A program made the position numbers and the translations under genes. Under the pieces are notes generated by a model. It did no database searches. It saw nothing but the letters and a program-made list of their open reading frames with translations, and had not been told where the DNA came from. Shown here piece by piece: positions 36,741 to 49,842 of a stretch of DNA of 64,000 nt (positions are counted from its first letter, which is position 1; every line of letters starts with the position of its first letter). This DNA comes from Malacoraja senta. Lineage: Eukaryota. The DNA is taken from NCBI GenBank assembly GCA_038087875.1, contig CM075990.1, forward strand, positions 11,224,001 through 11,288,000, read 5' to 3'.

Positions 36741-37888
36741 AGACTGGTAGTTATCCCTCATCACCCATCATTCTTAAGTTCATGTTCATATGTTCTAGGC
36801 ATAGTCCAGAATGAGTCTATTTGGCCATATCGAGTCTACTCCGCCATTCAATCATGGCTGATCTGTGTTTCCCTCTCAACCCCATTCTCCTGCCTTCTCC
36901 CTATAACCCCAACACCCTTACTAATCAAGGATCTACCATTCTCCACGTTAAACATATCCATTGGCTTGGCCACCACAGCCATCTGTGAATATTGACGGTA
37001 GATGTTGAGGGATGTGGGTCTATCTGAACCCACTCAATCCTGGGATCATAAGTGGGAGAAAATATACGGAGTGAAGAGAAATGAAGAAATGAATGTAAGA
37101 GCCCTATACCCAGCACAGTTGTATATTCAAAGGAAAAACCATGCAGTGAAAAACGTATGGGTGTAAAAAGACATTTTGAGATGTGGAACAGATTCAGGGA
37201 CTCAGGCTATATTCCTGATGTCACATTGATGAATTGCTGTCTATTGAACTGGCGGATTCTGTTAGCTGTCAACCTTCAGTGACTTTATAGCCTGCAGTTA
37301 ATCTGGAATTTACAAACTAAATGCATCTGAATACAGTTCTGTGGTAGAGGAATGTAATCAACAATTTATCGGTAGTTTAGTCAAGCTAAATATACAGTCT
37401 ATGGATTTAAATGATTAGTGCCACACTGCCACTGAAAAATCTTCTGTTTGGCTTGGAATCTTTAATCACTGCTGAAGAGTATTGAAGACACTAATCTTCC
37501 ATTAAACTTTCATAAAATTAGTTTGGATGAAGATGGGTCTTCTGTGCTCTTTGTGGGGAGAGAGGACCATTTGAACTATTATGCCTATTCTCGTTCTATG
37601 ATAGAAAGTTCTAATTCGGCACATCCCTGCTGCTTTTTTCCCCAAAAGCTTTTCATTTGTAATTTCATCCAGTTCCCCAATGGAAAGGGATGTTCAATAT
37701 CTTCCCAAGCCTATTGACACTCTTTCAAGCGTTTAATCATATGGGGTACTCAGTTGAGGGTCTGTTCTGAAGCACATCAAATCTGGCAATATACACTCCC
37801 TCGATAAGGCACCTCGATGTTAACTAAGCTCAAATTTTGTAGGTCTCAAACAACAATCCATCACCCTTACATTCTGAGGCAAGAGTGC

Positions 37889-38062
37889 CTGTCTAACTGT
37901 TTCCCAACATTTAAGAAACAGTTAGACAGGTACATGGACAGGACAGGTTTGGAGGGATATGGGCCAAACGTGGGCAGGTGGGACGAGTGTAGTTGGGACA
38001 TGTTGGCCAGTGTGGGCAGGTTGTGCTGAAGGCCAATTTCAACACTGTATCACTCTATGACT
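37889..38062 (+). mobile_element. CR1/HER1 3' tail
   Basis: FKKQLDRYMDRTGLEGYGPN plus TATCACTCTATGAC tail. Confidence 0.85.
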
Positions 38063-38730
38063 TTATGCAATAGGCATGGCCAATCAGAATAAAGAAGAGA
38101 AGCTACTTGGCCCCTCAAGTTTGCCACATTATTCAATTTGGTCTGGATCTCAACTCCATTTCTGTGCCATTTCCCCATATCCCTCGATTCACAAATCTTC
38201 TTTTCCTCAAACTCCTCTGATGATCTTGTCTCTGCAAACCTCTGGGATAGGGAATTCCATCGATTCACTGCCTTCTGTGAGAATAAGCTCATATGCAAGT
38301 TCTCAGTTTTAAATGTCCACCCACATATCGTATGACTATGTTCCCTCATTCAGGACTTTCCCACTTGTGCAGCCATCTCAGCATGTACCCTGCTATGCTC
38401 CTATAGAATTCATGTTTCTAGAGGGCATCGCCTCTCATTTTACTCTCCAAAAGTTCCTGATCCAACTCCTTCAGGTTTATATGACATGCCTCACTCCTTT
38501 GATCCAGTTGTGACATTATTTCCCTTCTTTTATTCCAACACTACCTGTTATGGTATTACTGGCATTGGCTGTGATTAGTACTACATGTTTTTATGTCGCT
38601 CACAACCCAGGCAATAGATGCCAGGGTAGTCGTCTCGCATGACCTGATCTATTTTGTTCCCAACCCCACCATGGCTCATTAATCAGCCCATTCTGCAAGT
38701 GCTCGGTCCACCAGAGTCCGTATCGCCCAT

Positions 38731-39135
38731 CAGTTCAGTTCAGTTCAGTTTGGTTTCGTTTATTGTCACGTGCACCGAGGTACAGTGAAAAGCTTTTGTT
38801 GTGTGATAACCAGCCAGCGGAAAGACAATACATGATTATAATTGAGCCATTTGCAATGTACAGATACATGATAAAGGAATAACGCTTAGTGCGAGGTTAA
38901 GCCAGTAAAGTTCAATCAAAGATAATCCGAGGGTCCCTGATGAGATAGCTAGTAGCTGAGCACCGCTCTCTAGTTGTGGTAGAATGGTTCAGCTGCCTGA
39001 TAACAGCTGGAAAGAAACTGTCCCTGAATCTGGAGGTGTGCGTTTTCACACTTCCAACAAGAGGGAGTGGCCAGAGTGCGACTCATCCTTGCTGGCCTTG
39101 CTGAGGCAGCGTAAGACGTAAATGGAGTCAATAGC
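38731..39135 (-). mobile_element. Rex1/Babar-type LINE 3' end
   Basis: Reverse complement of 22900-23228 with a (GAACT)n tail. Confidence 0.85.
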
Positions 39136-39384
39136 TTAGAGGAGAGGAAGCCATTCACATCAGCATGTCGCTGCCTGCTCCTTGAAAGATTTATTCCATG
39201 TTTTCGTTCTCTCCTAATAATCCTGGAAATTTCCCCTTTTATAAATATTTATCAGTTCTTGTTTTTGGAGATGACTGTTGTCCTTTCAGTCAGCACAGTT
39301 CATGCATTCCACATTACCACAATATAACGACGTGTAATGTTTCTCTTCTCTTCCAGCCCTGTCAACAATTATCTTAAATCTATT

Positions 39385-39850
39385 GGAGAGTCAAACTGTC
39401 ATACAGCACGGAAACAGGACCTTCTGCCCAACTCGTCCATGCTACCCCCATGCCCCATTTTCGCTAGGCCCATTTGCCTGCATTTGGCCCATGTCTGTTC
39501 CAACCTTCCCTATCCATGTATCTGTCTGAGTGTCTTTTAAAAGTTGTTATTGCACTTGTCTCAACTACTTCCAGTGGCAGATCATTCTCTGTACTCACCA
39601 TCCTCTGAAAGGAAAGGTTGCCCCCCCTCAGTTCCTAAGTCTTTCCCCTGTTTCCTTAAACCTATGTCCCCTATCCTGAGTAAAATACTTTGTGTATTTG
39701 TGCTATCATTTCCCCTCATTATTTTATACACCTCCATAAGATCACCCCTCAGTCTCTCACACTCCAAGGAAAAAACAATAGCTTAATTATACTCTCCCTA
39801 AAGCTTCGGCCCCTGTGTTCTGGCAAAATCCTTGTCAATCTTGTGTGCAT
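39385..39850 (-). mobile_element. Older CR1 3' fragment
   Basis: ECERLRGDLMEVYKIMRG and 3'UTR. Confidence 0.8.
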
Positions 39851-40174
39851 TCCTGACCCTTCCATCTGAATTCTATGTCAAAATCTCACAACTCTAAGGT
39901 CCCTTCAATATGCTAACATGTTTACTGGTGTTAAAACAAAAAACGGCAAAGCTGTGTCACATCAGGAAACTTGTCCCAAATCTTTTAAACAAGGTGAATT
40001 TTAAGGAGTGACAAATGGGGAAAGAAAGATAGAGAGGGGTATAGGGAAAATGTTAGAACTTTGGGTCACCTTGCATTATCCCTATAGAAAACATATTTTT
40101 CCAAGGTATAGAAGCCAAAACTGTACACAATTATTATCACCAATGTCGAGTATATTCCCGTTCTAACCACATTG

Positions 40175-41325
40175 AGTCATAGAATGATACAGTGTGGAAA
40201 CAAGCCCTTCACCCCAACTTGCCCACACTGGCCAACATGTCCCAGCTACACTAGTCCTACCTGCCTGCGCTTGGTCCATATCCCTCCAAACCTGTCCTGA
40301 CCATGTAGATAAGGCTCGCACCAGGGTCTCTGCCATACCCCGCAACACTGCTCTCTCTCCCCATCCCCCCACTCACAACAAGGGAAGAGTCCCCCTAGTC
40401 CTCACCTTTCACCCCACCTGCCGTCACATACAACAAGTGATCCTCCGTCAGTTTCGCCACGTCCAACGTGACCCCACCACTCGCCACATCTTCCCATCTC
40501 CCCCCATGTCTGCCTTCCGCAAAGACCGCTCCCTCCGTAACTCCCTTGTCAATTCTTCCCTTCCCTCCCATACCACCCCCTCCCCGGGTACTTTCCCTTG
40601 CAACCGCAAGAGATGCAACACTTGTCCCTTCACCTCCCCCCTCGACTCCATTCAAGGACATAAGCAGTCGTTCCAGGTGCGACAGAGGTTCACCTGCATC
40701 TCCTCCAACCTCATCTATTGCATCCGCTGCTCTAGATGCCAGCTGATCTACATCGGTGAGACCAAGCGGAGGCTTGGCGATCGTTTCGCCGAACACCTCC
40801 GGTCGGTCCGCAATAACCAACCTGACCTCCCTGTGGCTCAGCACTTCAACTCCCCCTCCCATTCCGTATCTGACCTCTCTGTCCTGGGTCTCCTCCATGG
40901 CCACAGCGAGCAACACCAGAAATTGGAGGAAATGCACCTCATATTCCGCTTGGGCAGTCTACATCCTGGGGGCTTGAACATTGAATTCTCCCAATTCTGC
41001 TAGCCCTTGCTGTCCCCTCCCCCTCATCAGCCCTCTGGTTGTCTCCTCCCCTCCCCCAGCCCTCGGGCTCCTCCTCCTCCGCCTTTTTTCCTTTTTTCCT
41101 TTCTTCTCCCCACCCCCTATCAGTCTGAAGAAAGGTTTCGGCCCGAAACGTTGCCTATTTCCTTCGCTCCATAGATGCTGCTGCACCCGCTGAGTTTCTC
41201 CAGCATTTTTGTGTACTGTCCATGTACCTGTCTAACTGTTTCTTAAACGTTGGGATAGTCCCAGCCACAACTACCTCCTCTGGCAGCTTGTTCCATACAT
41301 CCACCAACCTTTGTGTGAAAAAGTA
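40175..41325 (-). mobile_element. CR1/HER1 3' fragment split by Penelope insertion
   Basis: 40175-40307 and 41216-41325 rejoin into the sequence seen at 30670-30905. Confidence 0.85.
40308..41215 (+). mobile_element. 5'-truncated Penelope-like retroelement with intact GIY-YIG endonuclease domain and pLTR
   Basis: Open frame to 41003: RVPLVLTFHP, CNRKRCNTC, NLIYCIRCSRCQLIYIGETKRRLGDRFAEH, LEE...GLN. pLTR at 41121-41215. TSD CTGACCATGTA/CTGTCCATGTA (40297-40307, 41216-41226). Confidence 0.95.
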
Positions 41326-43232
41326 TGCCCTGGGGCAGCAGCACTAGCTGATATCCTCTCTACCTACCTTTCCTATTTTAAAGAATTGAGGTTGAAGAAT
41401 TGAGCTTGTCTAGAACATAGAATAATGCAGCACAGGAAAAGCCTCTTCAACCCACTGAGAAACCTGATGCCGTTAAACTGATCTGTTCCGCATGCTCCAT
41501 GTGCCTGTCTAAAAAGCACCTTAAATGCCACTGTCGTATCTGCCTCCATCTATCGCCACTCCTGGTACCCACCACTCTCGTGAAAAATCTTGCTCCACAC
41601 ATCCTCTTTTAACCTTTGCTCCTTAAAACTCTGCCCTCTAGTCCTCAAAGTGTACAAAGTAGCAGCTCGTTAACTGCATACTAAGATGAGAGCTGAAAAT
41701 GTTGTACATTTTAACTTCATCAGATACCTCCCAGTGTCTCAGTCAGCTTTTCATTCATGCTTGCTAAAAATCCTTGTTCAAGTCTCAATATGAGCACAGT
41801 CCAGTCAGAGGGACTGAGCAAGTGATACATTGCTGGTGGTGACAGCTAAGTGGGAAAAACAGCTTACCGGAGTAATTTTGTGTAGAAATAATGTGTCAGG
41901 TTCTGAAACTCAGCACAATGAGAGTCCACGAGAATTGGTTGTGTGTGTTATTTTGTTCCCAGTCAGGTTACTTGGGTCAATTGTATTTAATGAACCAAAT
42001 CAGCTAGAAGTTGACAACACAGTAATGCAGGACACCAGAGGTTAAAGTGAGACGCGATAAATATGCTGATATTGTGCCTGACTTGGGTAACTTGCGTATT
42101 TCAGCCAGGATCATTAAGTTACTGGGAACGTGGAGAGAGTAAAAATGCATTCATGCAAATGAGTGCTCGATGGTTAGCATGCCTTGGTGGGCCAAATGGC
42201 CTGTCTCTGTACTGGAAATAATTCAATGGGTCCATATCTTTTTGAAAATGGTCAGCCTGCCCTGTTATTTGATTGCACGATGTTCTACTTCTTATGGGGT
42301 GCTTTTGAATATTTGTAATGTATTGTTTGATAGGGCAGTGAGAAAAGTATTCGATAGAGCAAAAATCTGAAATATGAAAAAGAGCAGAAAGAGCAGACTC
42401 GGAACATCTCCTATTCCTTTTCTCCAGAGATGCTGTCTGACTCGCTGAGTTACTCCAGCTTTTTGTGTCTATATTAGGATTAACTAGATTGTTCTTTGAA
42501 CGGACCTGTGGGGTGAGTTGCATCCTGTGTTCAGTATCATAACTACTCCACAATTTGTATAAGGTCATAATCTATAGGATAATAATTTTCCAAATGATTA
42601 ATAGCTTACCCCGCACTTTCAACATTGGTTACTATTTGCCTCTGAAGTGAAATCAGCATTGCTTGGATTAGCCAGGGGGTTTTCCGAGAAGGGTGTGGGT
42701 GGGACGGATCTGTGCTAGCACAACATGGAAGTCTCAGCTTCCATATGGACAAGAAAAATAATCAGTACTCGGGTCTCTGACGTCGAGGCTGTGATGTGAC
42801 ACATTTTCTGTTGTTCATCCAAGCCTTCTAGGATGTGGTCGTGTGATTTTCTCCAGGGGAAAAAATATATTTTTCTGTTTGGGAGGTCAGCTGCTTGGAC
42901 ATTACCTGGTCTCCCAAAAAGAAAAGTTGACAAAAATCAGATGTCAGGAGTGGGAGCTTGTGGGAGAATAAAGCGACCTCTGGTGCAAATTGGTGTTGAC
43001 CTCAAACTCGATGTGGAAATGACCCTTCCCCCTCCCGTCCTAAACATCGTTATTGCTATGGCAACTGATTTACACATGTGTCAACAGCAGTGAAAGAACA
43101 TTATTTGGTTGATTGGTCTGCTAAGCTTAATTGCAGGCTGGTTTGGTCTGTTAATTTGACTCTGGTTTCCAACTCCCTCACTCCAAGAAAGTGGTTCATG
43201 TCACGTGCCGTTCATGGTCGTGACTTCAGTAA

Positions 43233-43836
43233 AAGGTCTGTCTCACGAATCTGCGGTCATTGGCGGCGAAACGGGAAGAATCTGCCGCCATAGACCGCGC
43301 ACTCGTGAGAAAGAACAATTCCCGGGCCGTGCGACGGTGTTCCCAACACCGCGCGGTGCAAAAATAAAATCGACAATGTCGAAAACCAAATACTCACCGC
43401 ACAACCTCCACCAGTGATGCACAAGTGCGCACGGCCGCTCGCACGGGCCGCCGCCAGTGTGGGTCGAGCGCCGTGCGTCAAACCTCCTCTGCCACAGCCT
43501 CCGCCAGTGACGCACGTGCCGCCGCCAGTGAGGCACGTGTGCTGCGCGGCCGCAGGCACAGCCACCGCTACAGCGCCGCGATCAGGATGGCCACCGCCAC
43601 AGCCGCCGCTGGTGAGTCACGTGCGGGGGGCCGACGTCATCGCAGTCGGCCCGCCCTTTTTTTACTTACCGCAAGCACGTGGGACCCGCCGTGTTTGAAT
43701 TAACTCGGCCCTCGCGCAACATCCGTGCGGCGCTCCGGTGGATAGCCTCGACGCTCTCGCCGTTGCCGCGCGGTCCTAGCTACCGTCTACACCGCGCTTC
43801 ACCGCCGATGACCGCAAACAGGTAAGACACGGCCTT
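43233..43836. mobile_element. CpG-rich non-autonomous DNA transposon (Harbinger-like)
   Basis: Imperfect ~38-bp TIR (AAGGTCTGTCTCACGAATCTGCGGTCATTGGCGGCGAA vs AAGGCCGTGTCTTACCTGTTTGCGGTCATCGGCGGTGAA) bounding the GC-rich block. Confidence 0.7.
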
Positions 43837-43937
43837 AACCCTGTGTTCTTCACAATCATTGCGTACCAGTTAAATGACTCAGTCAGCAGTATGTTGGTGC
43901 AGAATCACAGCACGTAATGAAAATGAACTTAAAGGGA

Positions 43938-44270
43938 AAGACACAAAATGCTGGAGCAACTCAGCGGGACAGGCAGCATCTCTGGAGAGAAGGAATGGGT
44001 GACGTTCCGGGTCGAGACCCAGAAAGCTTGCATTAAAATGGTGCTGATTTCCATCTGATTTATTCTCTGAAGTCATTGTTGACACGTAGCCAAAACAAAG
44101 GCAATGTGAGCATAGCCAGACCACACAGCCAGGAAATTAGTTAAAAGAATTGGAAAAAAAAGTGTTGGAAAAGTACGGCAGACACAAAATGCTGGAGTAA
44201 CTCAGCGGGACAGGCAGCATCTTTGGAGAGAAGGAATGGGTGACTTTTCGTGCCAAAACACTTCTTCAGA
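43938..44270 (-). mobile_element. Two Penelope-derived mini-elements (43938-44020, 44178-44270)
   Basis: Both start AGACACAAAATGCTGGAG. The second has degenerate TSD TGTTGGAAAAGTAC/TGCTGGAAATGTAC. Confidence 0.8.
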
Positions 44271-45173
44271 TGCTGCTGGAAATGTACTACAGGGCAGGTA
44301 GTACTTGTGGAAAGAGAGAAAGAGAGAGAGACAGAATTAAAGGAAACATTATCTGCTCTTTTCCTGCAATGGGGTTTGAACCTCTGACTCTCATTTGAAG
44401 CCAAAACCTCTGTCTCCAGTCTCAAGTTCAGTATCACAGTCAACAATCCTAATTCAGCAGTAATTGTAGACAGTTGTTTCATGGTTCAGTCATGTGGTAG
44501 ACCAATGTCAAATTCTCTGCCCGCTCATCATTGCAGCTTCCGAATATTGTTTCAACTTCCTCCCAGCATACATTAAATACCACTGGTACCAAATCCTAGT
44601 CATAGAGTGATACGTACAGCATGCAAACAGGCACAAGACTGTGCATCCTGTGTTGCCTCTGTGCTCACTAACCACTAACGGCTGACTACAGGTTGAGCAA
44701 CACCGCAATTTTAAACTACTTGACTTGCTTTGAAAACCCTCTGGTCTGAACCATCGGTCTTGCTCTGCTGTCTGCTCGTGCTTTTACACTGCATCTGAGT
44801 ATTGACAGCTCTGGTTTGGAGTAAGGATACAGTCACTCCACCATAGGTAGCCCTGCCTTCAGCTGCCAAAACACAAGGCTCTGGAATTCCATCCATCTTA
44901 AGCCTTACTCTCTCTCATCCTTTCCAACATCTCTTAAGCCCTTCCTCATTGATGAGCCATTTGCTTTGCTGCTTGATATCATCTTAAGTGCCCAATGTTA
45001 ATTTTGGAAACTTTCTAATGAAGCATCTTTAGATATTTTATTGTAACACCTCATTAGATCAATGCTTGTCATTGCTTGTATGCTTGTCATTGCTCTGTAT
45101 CCATAGTGATACAGAGTTTTCCGCTAATTTACCTTTGTATTTATCCCATTACTCCACAAGAAAGATCATAAGC

Positions 45174-45478
45174 TTTAGTTTAGTATAGTTTAGAGATACA
45201 GCGTGGAAACAGGCCCTTCGTCCCATCGAGTCTGCGCCGACTCATACATTAGCACCGCCCTACACACGAGGGACAATTTACAAATTTTACCAAAGCTAAT
45301 TAAACTATGAACCTGTACGTCTTTGGAGTATGGCACGAAAACAGAGCACCCGGAGAAAACCCACGTGGTCACGGGGGAAACGTACAAACTCTGTACAGAC
45401 AGCACTCGTAGTCGGGATCGAACCCGGGTCTCTGGCGCTGTAAGGCAGCAACTCCACCGCTGTGCCACCATGTTGCCC
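45174..45478 (-). mobile_element. HE1-like V-SINE
   Basis: Reverse complement of the full SINE. Confidence 0.9.
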
Positions 45479-46394
45479 TATGTATGTGAAAAAAAATCTC
45501 CCCTTTGCTTCTTCTGCCAAATAACTTAAATCTGCACACTTTGGTTACTGACCATGAAACCATTTCCCTCCCTTTTACAACCTTTCGTGGTGTTGAACGC
45601 CTCTGGTGAAGAAATCTCCCCTTTGCCCCCAGTCAGTAGAGAACAGCCTCAAATGTTCCATGTAAACGAAACCCGTATTTCCTGGTATCCATTGGAGTAA
45701 ATCCTCTCCATAGCGGAAGCTGGAGGTAATCCTACAGCTGTGGCCTTACCAGTGATTTATAAACTTTAATTATTTGATTAAGTCTTAATAATTCAGAGCT
45801 GCTTGTACTTGTGCTGTAAGCTAATTGTACTAATAGGATTATTGTTGGTTTGATTTGAATGATCTGCAGTGGAATACAGGCCCATGGTCCAATTATCTTG
45901 ACTAATTAATTAGTTTACTTGTTAATGTTGTGCACTGAAGGAGGGACACTTGGTTTTATGGCCCGCATCGTGAAAGAGAGGTGTATATTATAGAGATCGA
46001 AAGGAGCTGAACTACTGCAGGGTTCAATAAATTACAAAGCATTCGCTAAGCATGTTAGGGACTGATCTTGTTTTCATTTGCCTCTCCAAACAAAAAATTG
46101 TCTTGGGATTTGTTTGCATGTTGTACTATTAAAATGCAAATCACAGCATGTAACTGCCTGTCTATTTGTAATGCCGCAGAGAAATGGTTCTGGGAATACA
46201 TCAATTCATCTAGACTGAGGTATGCATCTATCAGGCAGAGGTTCGTCATGGGAGGAATGAGACATACTTGGAGCAGGCACACAGAGCCCATTGCGGTCAA
46301 CCAAGAATATCACTGAAGTAGTGGATAAAAAGAGCCTACTTCACCCTCACCCTCTACCTGACTCTATAAAACTGATTGAGGTGACAGACAATTG

Positions 46395-46762
46395 AACTGA
46401 ATCATCCTACCACAACTCTAGAGCAGTTTATAATACTATCTGCGGGGTGGGAGATTGCAACCTTCACGTGGTCCACCTTGTTTCGACTAATGCAATCAAC
46501 CTGACGTGCACAAAGAAGCTCAAATAGAACAAGTTGACCCTACAACTTTAGGCTGTGCATGCCATACGCAAGGAGAAGTACTATCTACCTCATTGGTGAC
46601 CCGCGGACTATCTTTGATCGGACTTTACTGCCATTACCTTGCAATAAACATTATCACCTTATCATGTATCTATACACTGTAATGGCTCGATTGTAATCAT
46701 GTATTCATTTTACGCTGACTTGTTAGAATGCAACAAAAGCTTTTCACTGTACCTCGGTACAC
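46395..46762 (+). mobile_element. Rex1/Babar-type 3' UTR with nested insert
   Basis: Collinear with 22973-23220 except for 46442-46578. Confidence 0.85.
46442..46578 (+). mobile_element. Short retroposed insert with 8-bp TSD
   Basis: TACTATCT duplicated at 46434-46441 and 46579-46586. Ends GCCATACGCAAGGAGAAG. Confidence 0.75.
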
Positions 46763-46904
46763 GTGACAATAAACTAAACTAAAGCAGTTTGACACAGGAT
46801 TAACGTCAGTAATGAAGTCGGCAAGGGTCACACCAGACATGTGAGTGTGATCCACCTTATCTTGTGACAGTTGGAAGTTCACAGGAATGGGTACGCAAAA
46901 GTTC

Positions 46905-47112
46905 ACAAAGTGCTGGAGTAACTCAGCAGGTTAGGCAGTATCTCTGAAGAACATGTTGGATTAAGACCCTTCTTCAGAGTCTGACGAAGGGACTCGATCT
47001 GAAACGTCCCCTATCCATGTTCTCCAGAGATGCTGCTTGACCTGCTGAGTTACTCCAGCACTTTGTGTCCTTTTGTGTATTAACCAGCACCTGTGGTTCT
47101 TTGTTTCTACAC
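46905..47112. mobile_element. Fold-back Penelope-derived mini-element
   Basis: Inverted arms. Plus arm reads AGTCTGACGAAGGGACTCGATCTGAAACGTC. Confidence 0.8.
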
Positions 47113-48725
47113 TCAGTAATGGGTGCTGGCCCAAGTCATTGTCTTCCCTTCTACCTTTATCATTAGAACTGGAGAAACAGAGCCTCATCTTTCAATGATC
47201 AGCGGCATCCTCAGACACAGGATTTTCAACAATTTTGGACAATGATTGTGTTATTTACATTTGTACTTCTTCCCATCCTGTCTGTTACTTCCCTGTTACT
47301 ACCCCCTTTAACTTTAGTTCAATAGCCCTTTCATGATATTACTCCTGCTACTCTGATCGTGTGATATTGTTAAGGATTGTTACAGCCAGCTTGTGGGAAA
47401 TGCAAGCTAGTGACTGACATTGGGCTGGACTGTGCTAATGACAGGCCGATGACTTCAGCCAAGATGCAGCGAGTGCATTCCTTAATGGAGCATTCACTCC
47501 ATGCATCTTGTAGGTATGGAATGCACTGATGCTCATGTGCCAATGTACTTTTACCTCCTCTGCATTCACGTTGAGCCCAAGAATGACTCGGTAAGTATTG
47601 CGCTGAGGCGTCAGATACACTTTGTATCTGGTCCCTTTGTTTTACAGCCACCACATCTTGCATGGAGTAGCTAACCTGATTAGATAAGGTAGGAGTTTAA
47701 ATTTTGTTACTTCCGTTCATTCATATTAAGGTTCTTAATTTTATGCCAGTTAATGATTTGTGACAATTTTCTTTCTCCATATTATTGTAATGCATTTTAC
47801 CTGATCAGGAAACGTTTAGAGATATCGGAAAAGGCTATTGACAGAACAACTTGATTATTTGGTAAAGACCGCAAAGGCAAAAAAGAGCATCCTAACTACA
47901 GCTATAAAGAGATTAACACAGATTGGAAATATCCTGGTGTATAATTGAGCGAGATTTCAAGCATAGAAATCTCAGGAAACATCTAATATATTGTTACACA
48001 ACCATATATGTTTTATTATGCGCTACTGATGTTACACTTTAGATGCAAATCTAAAGATAACAGATTCAGAATGATTCTGCACAGTGATATTTATGTAGAA
48101 TTATAAGTGAGATACAGCTCTGCTTGGTTTATAATTGTAACTGTGTGTGCATATGCGTGTACTTGTATGTATGCACGTGTTTGTGTTTGAGTAATCTGTT
48201 TTTTGAAGATATCAGAGTAAATCAAGCCTATAATCTACCCAACATTGTGGGAGAGTTGAAAATCTAATCTTTGATCTCACCTCACCCACATAAGATGTAG
48301 ATCGAATTGCCCTCTGATGATTTTTGGTGCGGTACGTTTCTGCTTGTCGCATGAGTATCCCATTACTTTAAAGAATCAATGTTCATTGTCAGTAAACAGC
48401 ATCTAGAATGTGATCTTGAGGTCAGTATCTGCAAATGTGGCACTGCAGGTTGGGGTACTCCTGGAACTATGCAGCCACATGCCTCCTTTTCAGGGCAAAG
48501 GAATAACACATTGAGAGCACATTTCTCCCAGTATGCATTTTTTAATGTTTCATCGAATAAGGCCTTGTTTCAGTTTCACTACCTGCCAGGGTAAATTATA
48601 TTTATATAGATAAGTACAACATTGATCAGCATTGATAATTTGGACTGAAGGGCCTGTGTCTGGGCTCTAAGACCTTTTGCCTTCCTACTCAGAAAGAAGT
48701 AGCAGAGCAGAATTTTATTGAGTAG

Positions 48726-49040
48726 AGCAGCACAGTGGTGCAGCAGTAGAGCTCACAGTGCCAGCTTCAACCCTGACCACAGGTGCTGTCTCTGTGGAGA
48801 TTGCGCATTCTCCCTGTGACCGCGTGAGTTTTCTCCGGGTGCTCAGGTTTCCTCCCACATCTCAAAGATATGCGGGTTTGTAGGTTAATTGGACGGTGTA
48901 AAAAATTATCCCTAGTGTGCACGGAGTGGATGAGAAAATGGTTTAACATGGAAGTATTGTGAATGGGTGATCGGTGGTCAGTGTAGACTCGATGGGCCGA
49001 AGGGCTTGTTTCCATGCTGTATCTCAACTAAACTAAAACT
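48726..49040 (+). mobile_element. HE1-like V-SINE (older)
   Basis: Core and tail motifs. Confidence 0.85.
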
Positions 49041-49224
49041 TGCTGATAATGGTTAGGTTTCAGGGCAGGTTGCAGGGCCATCACATGGTGGAATCACATT
49101 CTAGAGGGGACCAGCATACACATCTGTAAAGTAATCCACATCTGGATTGGTCACACTTGGATGGGACCGACTCCAGGAGATGATCCTCATTATCAGGAAT
49201 TACTCCTGGGCCACAGCCATAAAT

Positions 49225-49425
49225 ATACACAATATGTTGGAGTTACTCAGCGGGTCAAGCAGCATCTCTGGAGAAAAGGAATAGGTGATGTTTCGGGTTG
49301 AGACCCATCTTCAGACCAGGTCTCCTATTCCTTTTCTCCAGAGATGCTGCCTGACCCGCTGAGTTGCTCCAGCATTTTTGTGCCTATCTTCGGTGTAAAC
49401 CAGCATCTGCACTTCCTTCCTACAA
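49225..49425. mobile_element. Fold-back Penelope-derived mini-element
   Basis: Inverted arms around 49315. Confidence 0.8.
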
Positions 49426-49526
49426 GGCATAAATATACCCATCGGTACGGAACCTAGATAATCACAACTGGAAAGGGACAGGAATCTCATCAGAATGAAG
49501 ATCAGGTGGGAATGTGAAAATGGCAA

Positions 49527-49842
49527 AGGTTTAGTTTTGTTTACTGAGATACAGAGAAAAGCTTTTTGTTGCGTGCCAGTCAGCAGAAAGACAATACGCG
49601 ATTGAAGGGTCTCGACCCGAAACCTCACCCATTCCTTCTCTCCAGAGATGCTGTCCATCCCCCTGAGTTACTCCGGCATTTTGTGTCTATACATGATTAC
49701 AGTCGATCCATTTACAGTGTATAAATACCGGATAAGGGAATAACGTATAGTGCAAGGTAAAGCCAGCAAAGTCCGATCACGGAGAGTCCGTCAAAGAGGT
49801 AGATAATAGTTCAGCACTGCTGCCTGATTGTGGTAGGATGGG
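49527..49842 (-). mobile_element. Rex1/Babar-type 3' UTR interrupted by mini-element (49603-49690, +)
   Basis: Reverse of the Rex-type tail. Insert flanked by ATACGCGATT/ATACATGATT. Confidence 0.75.

Noticed and set aside
40194..41003. 269-aa gene or domesticated fusion
   Set aside because: Accidental read-through from antisense CR1 into a truncated Penelope ORF.
43243..43703. Overlapping GC-rich ORFs
   Set aside because: Stop-poor composition inside a TIR-bounded element; no domain recognised.
47514..47590. Plus-strand exon ending at CG|GTAAGT
   Set aside because: Weak acceptor, unrecognised peptides, no partner exons.
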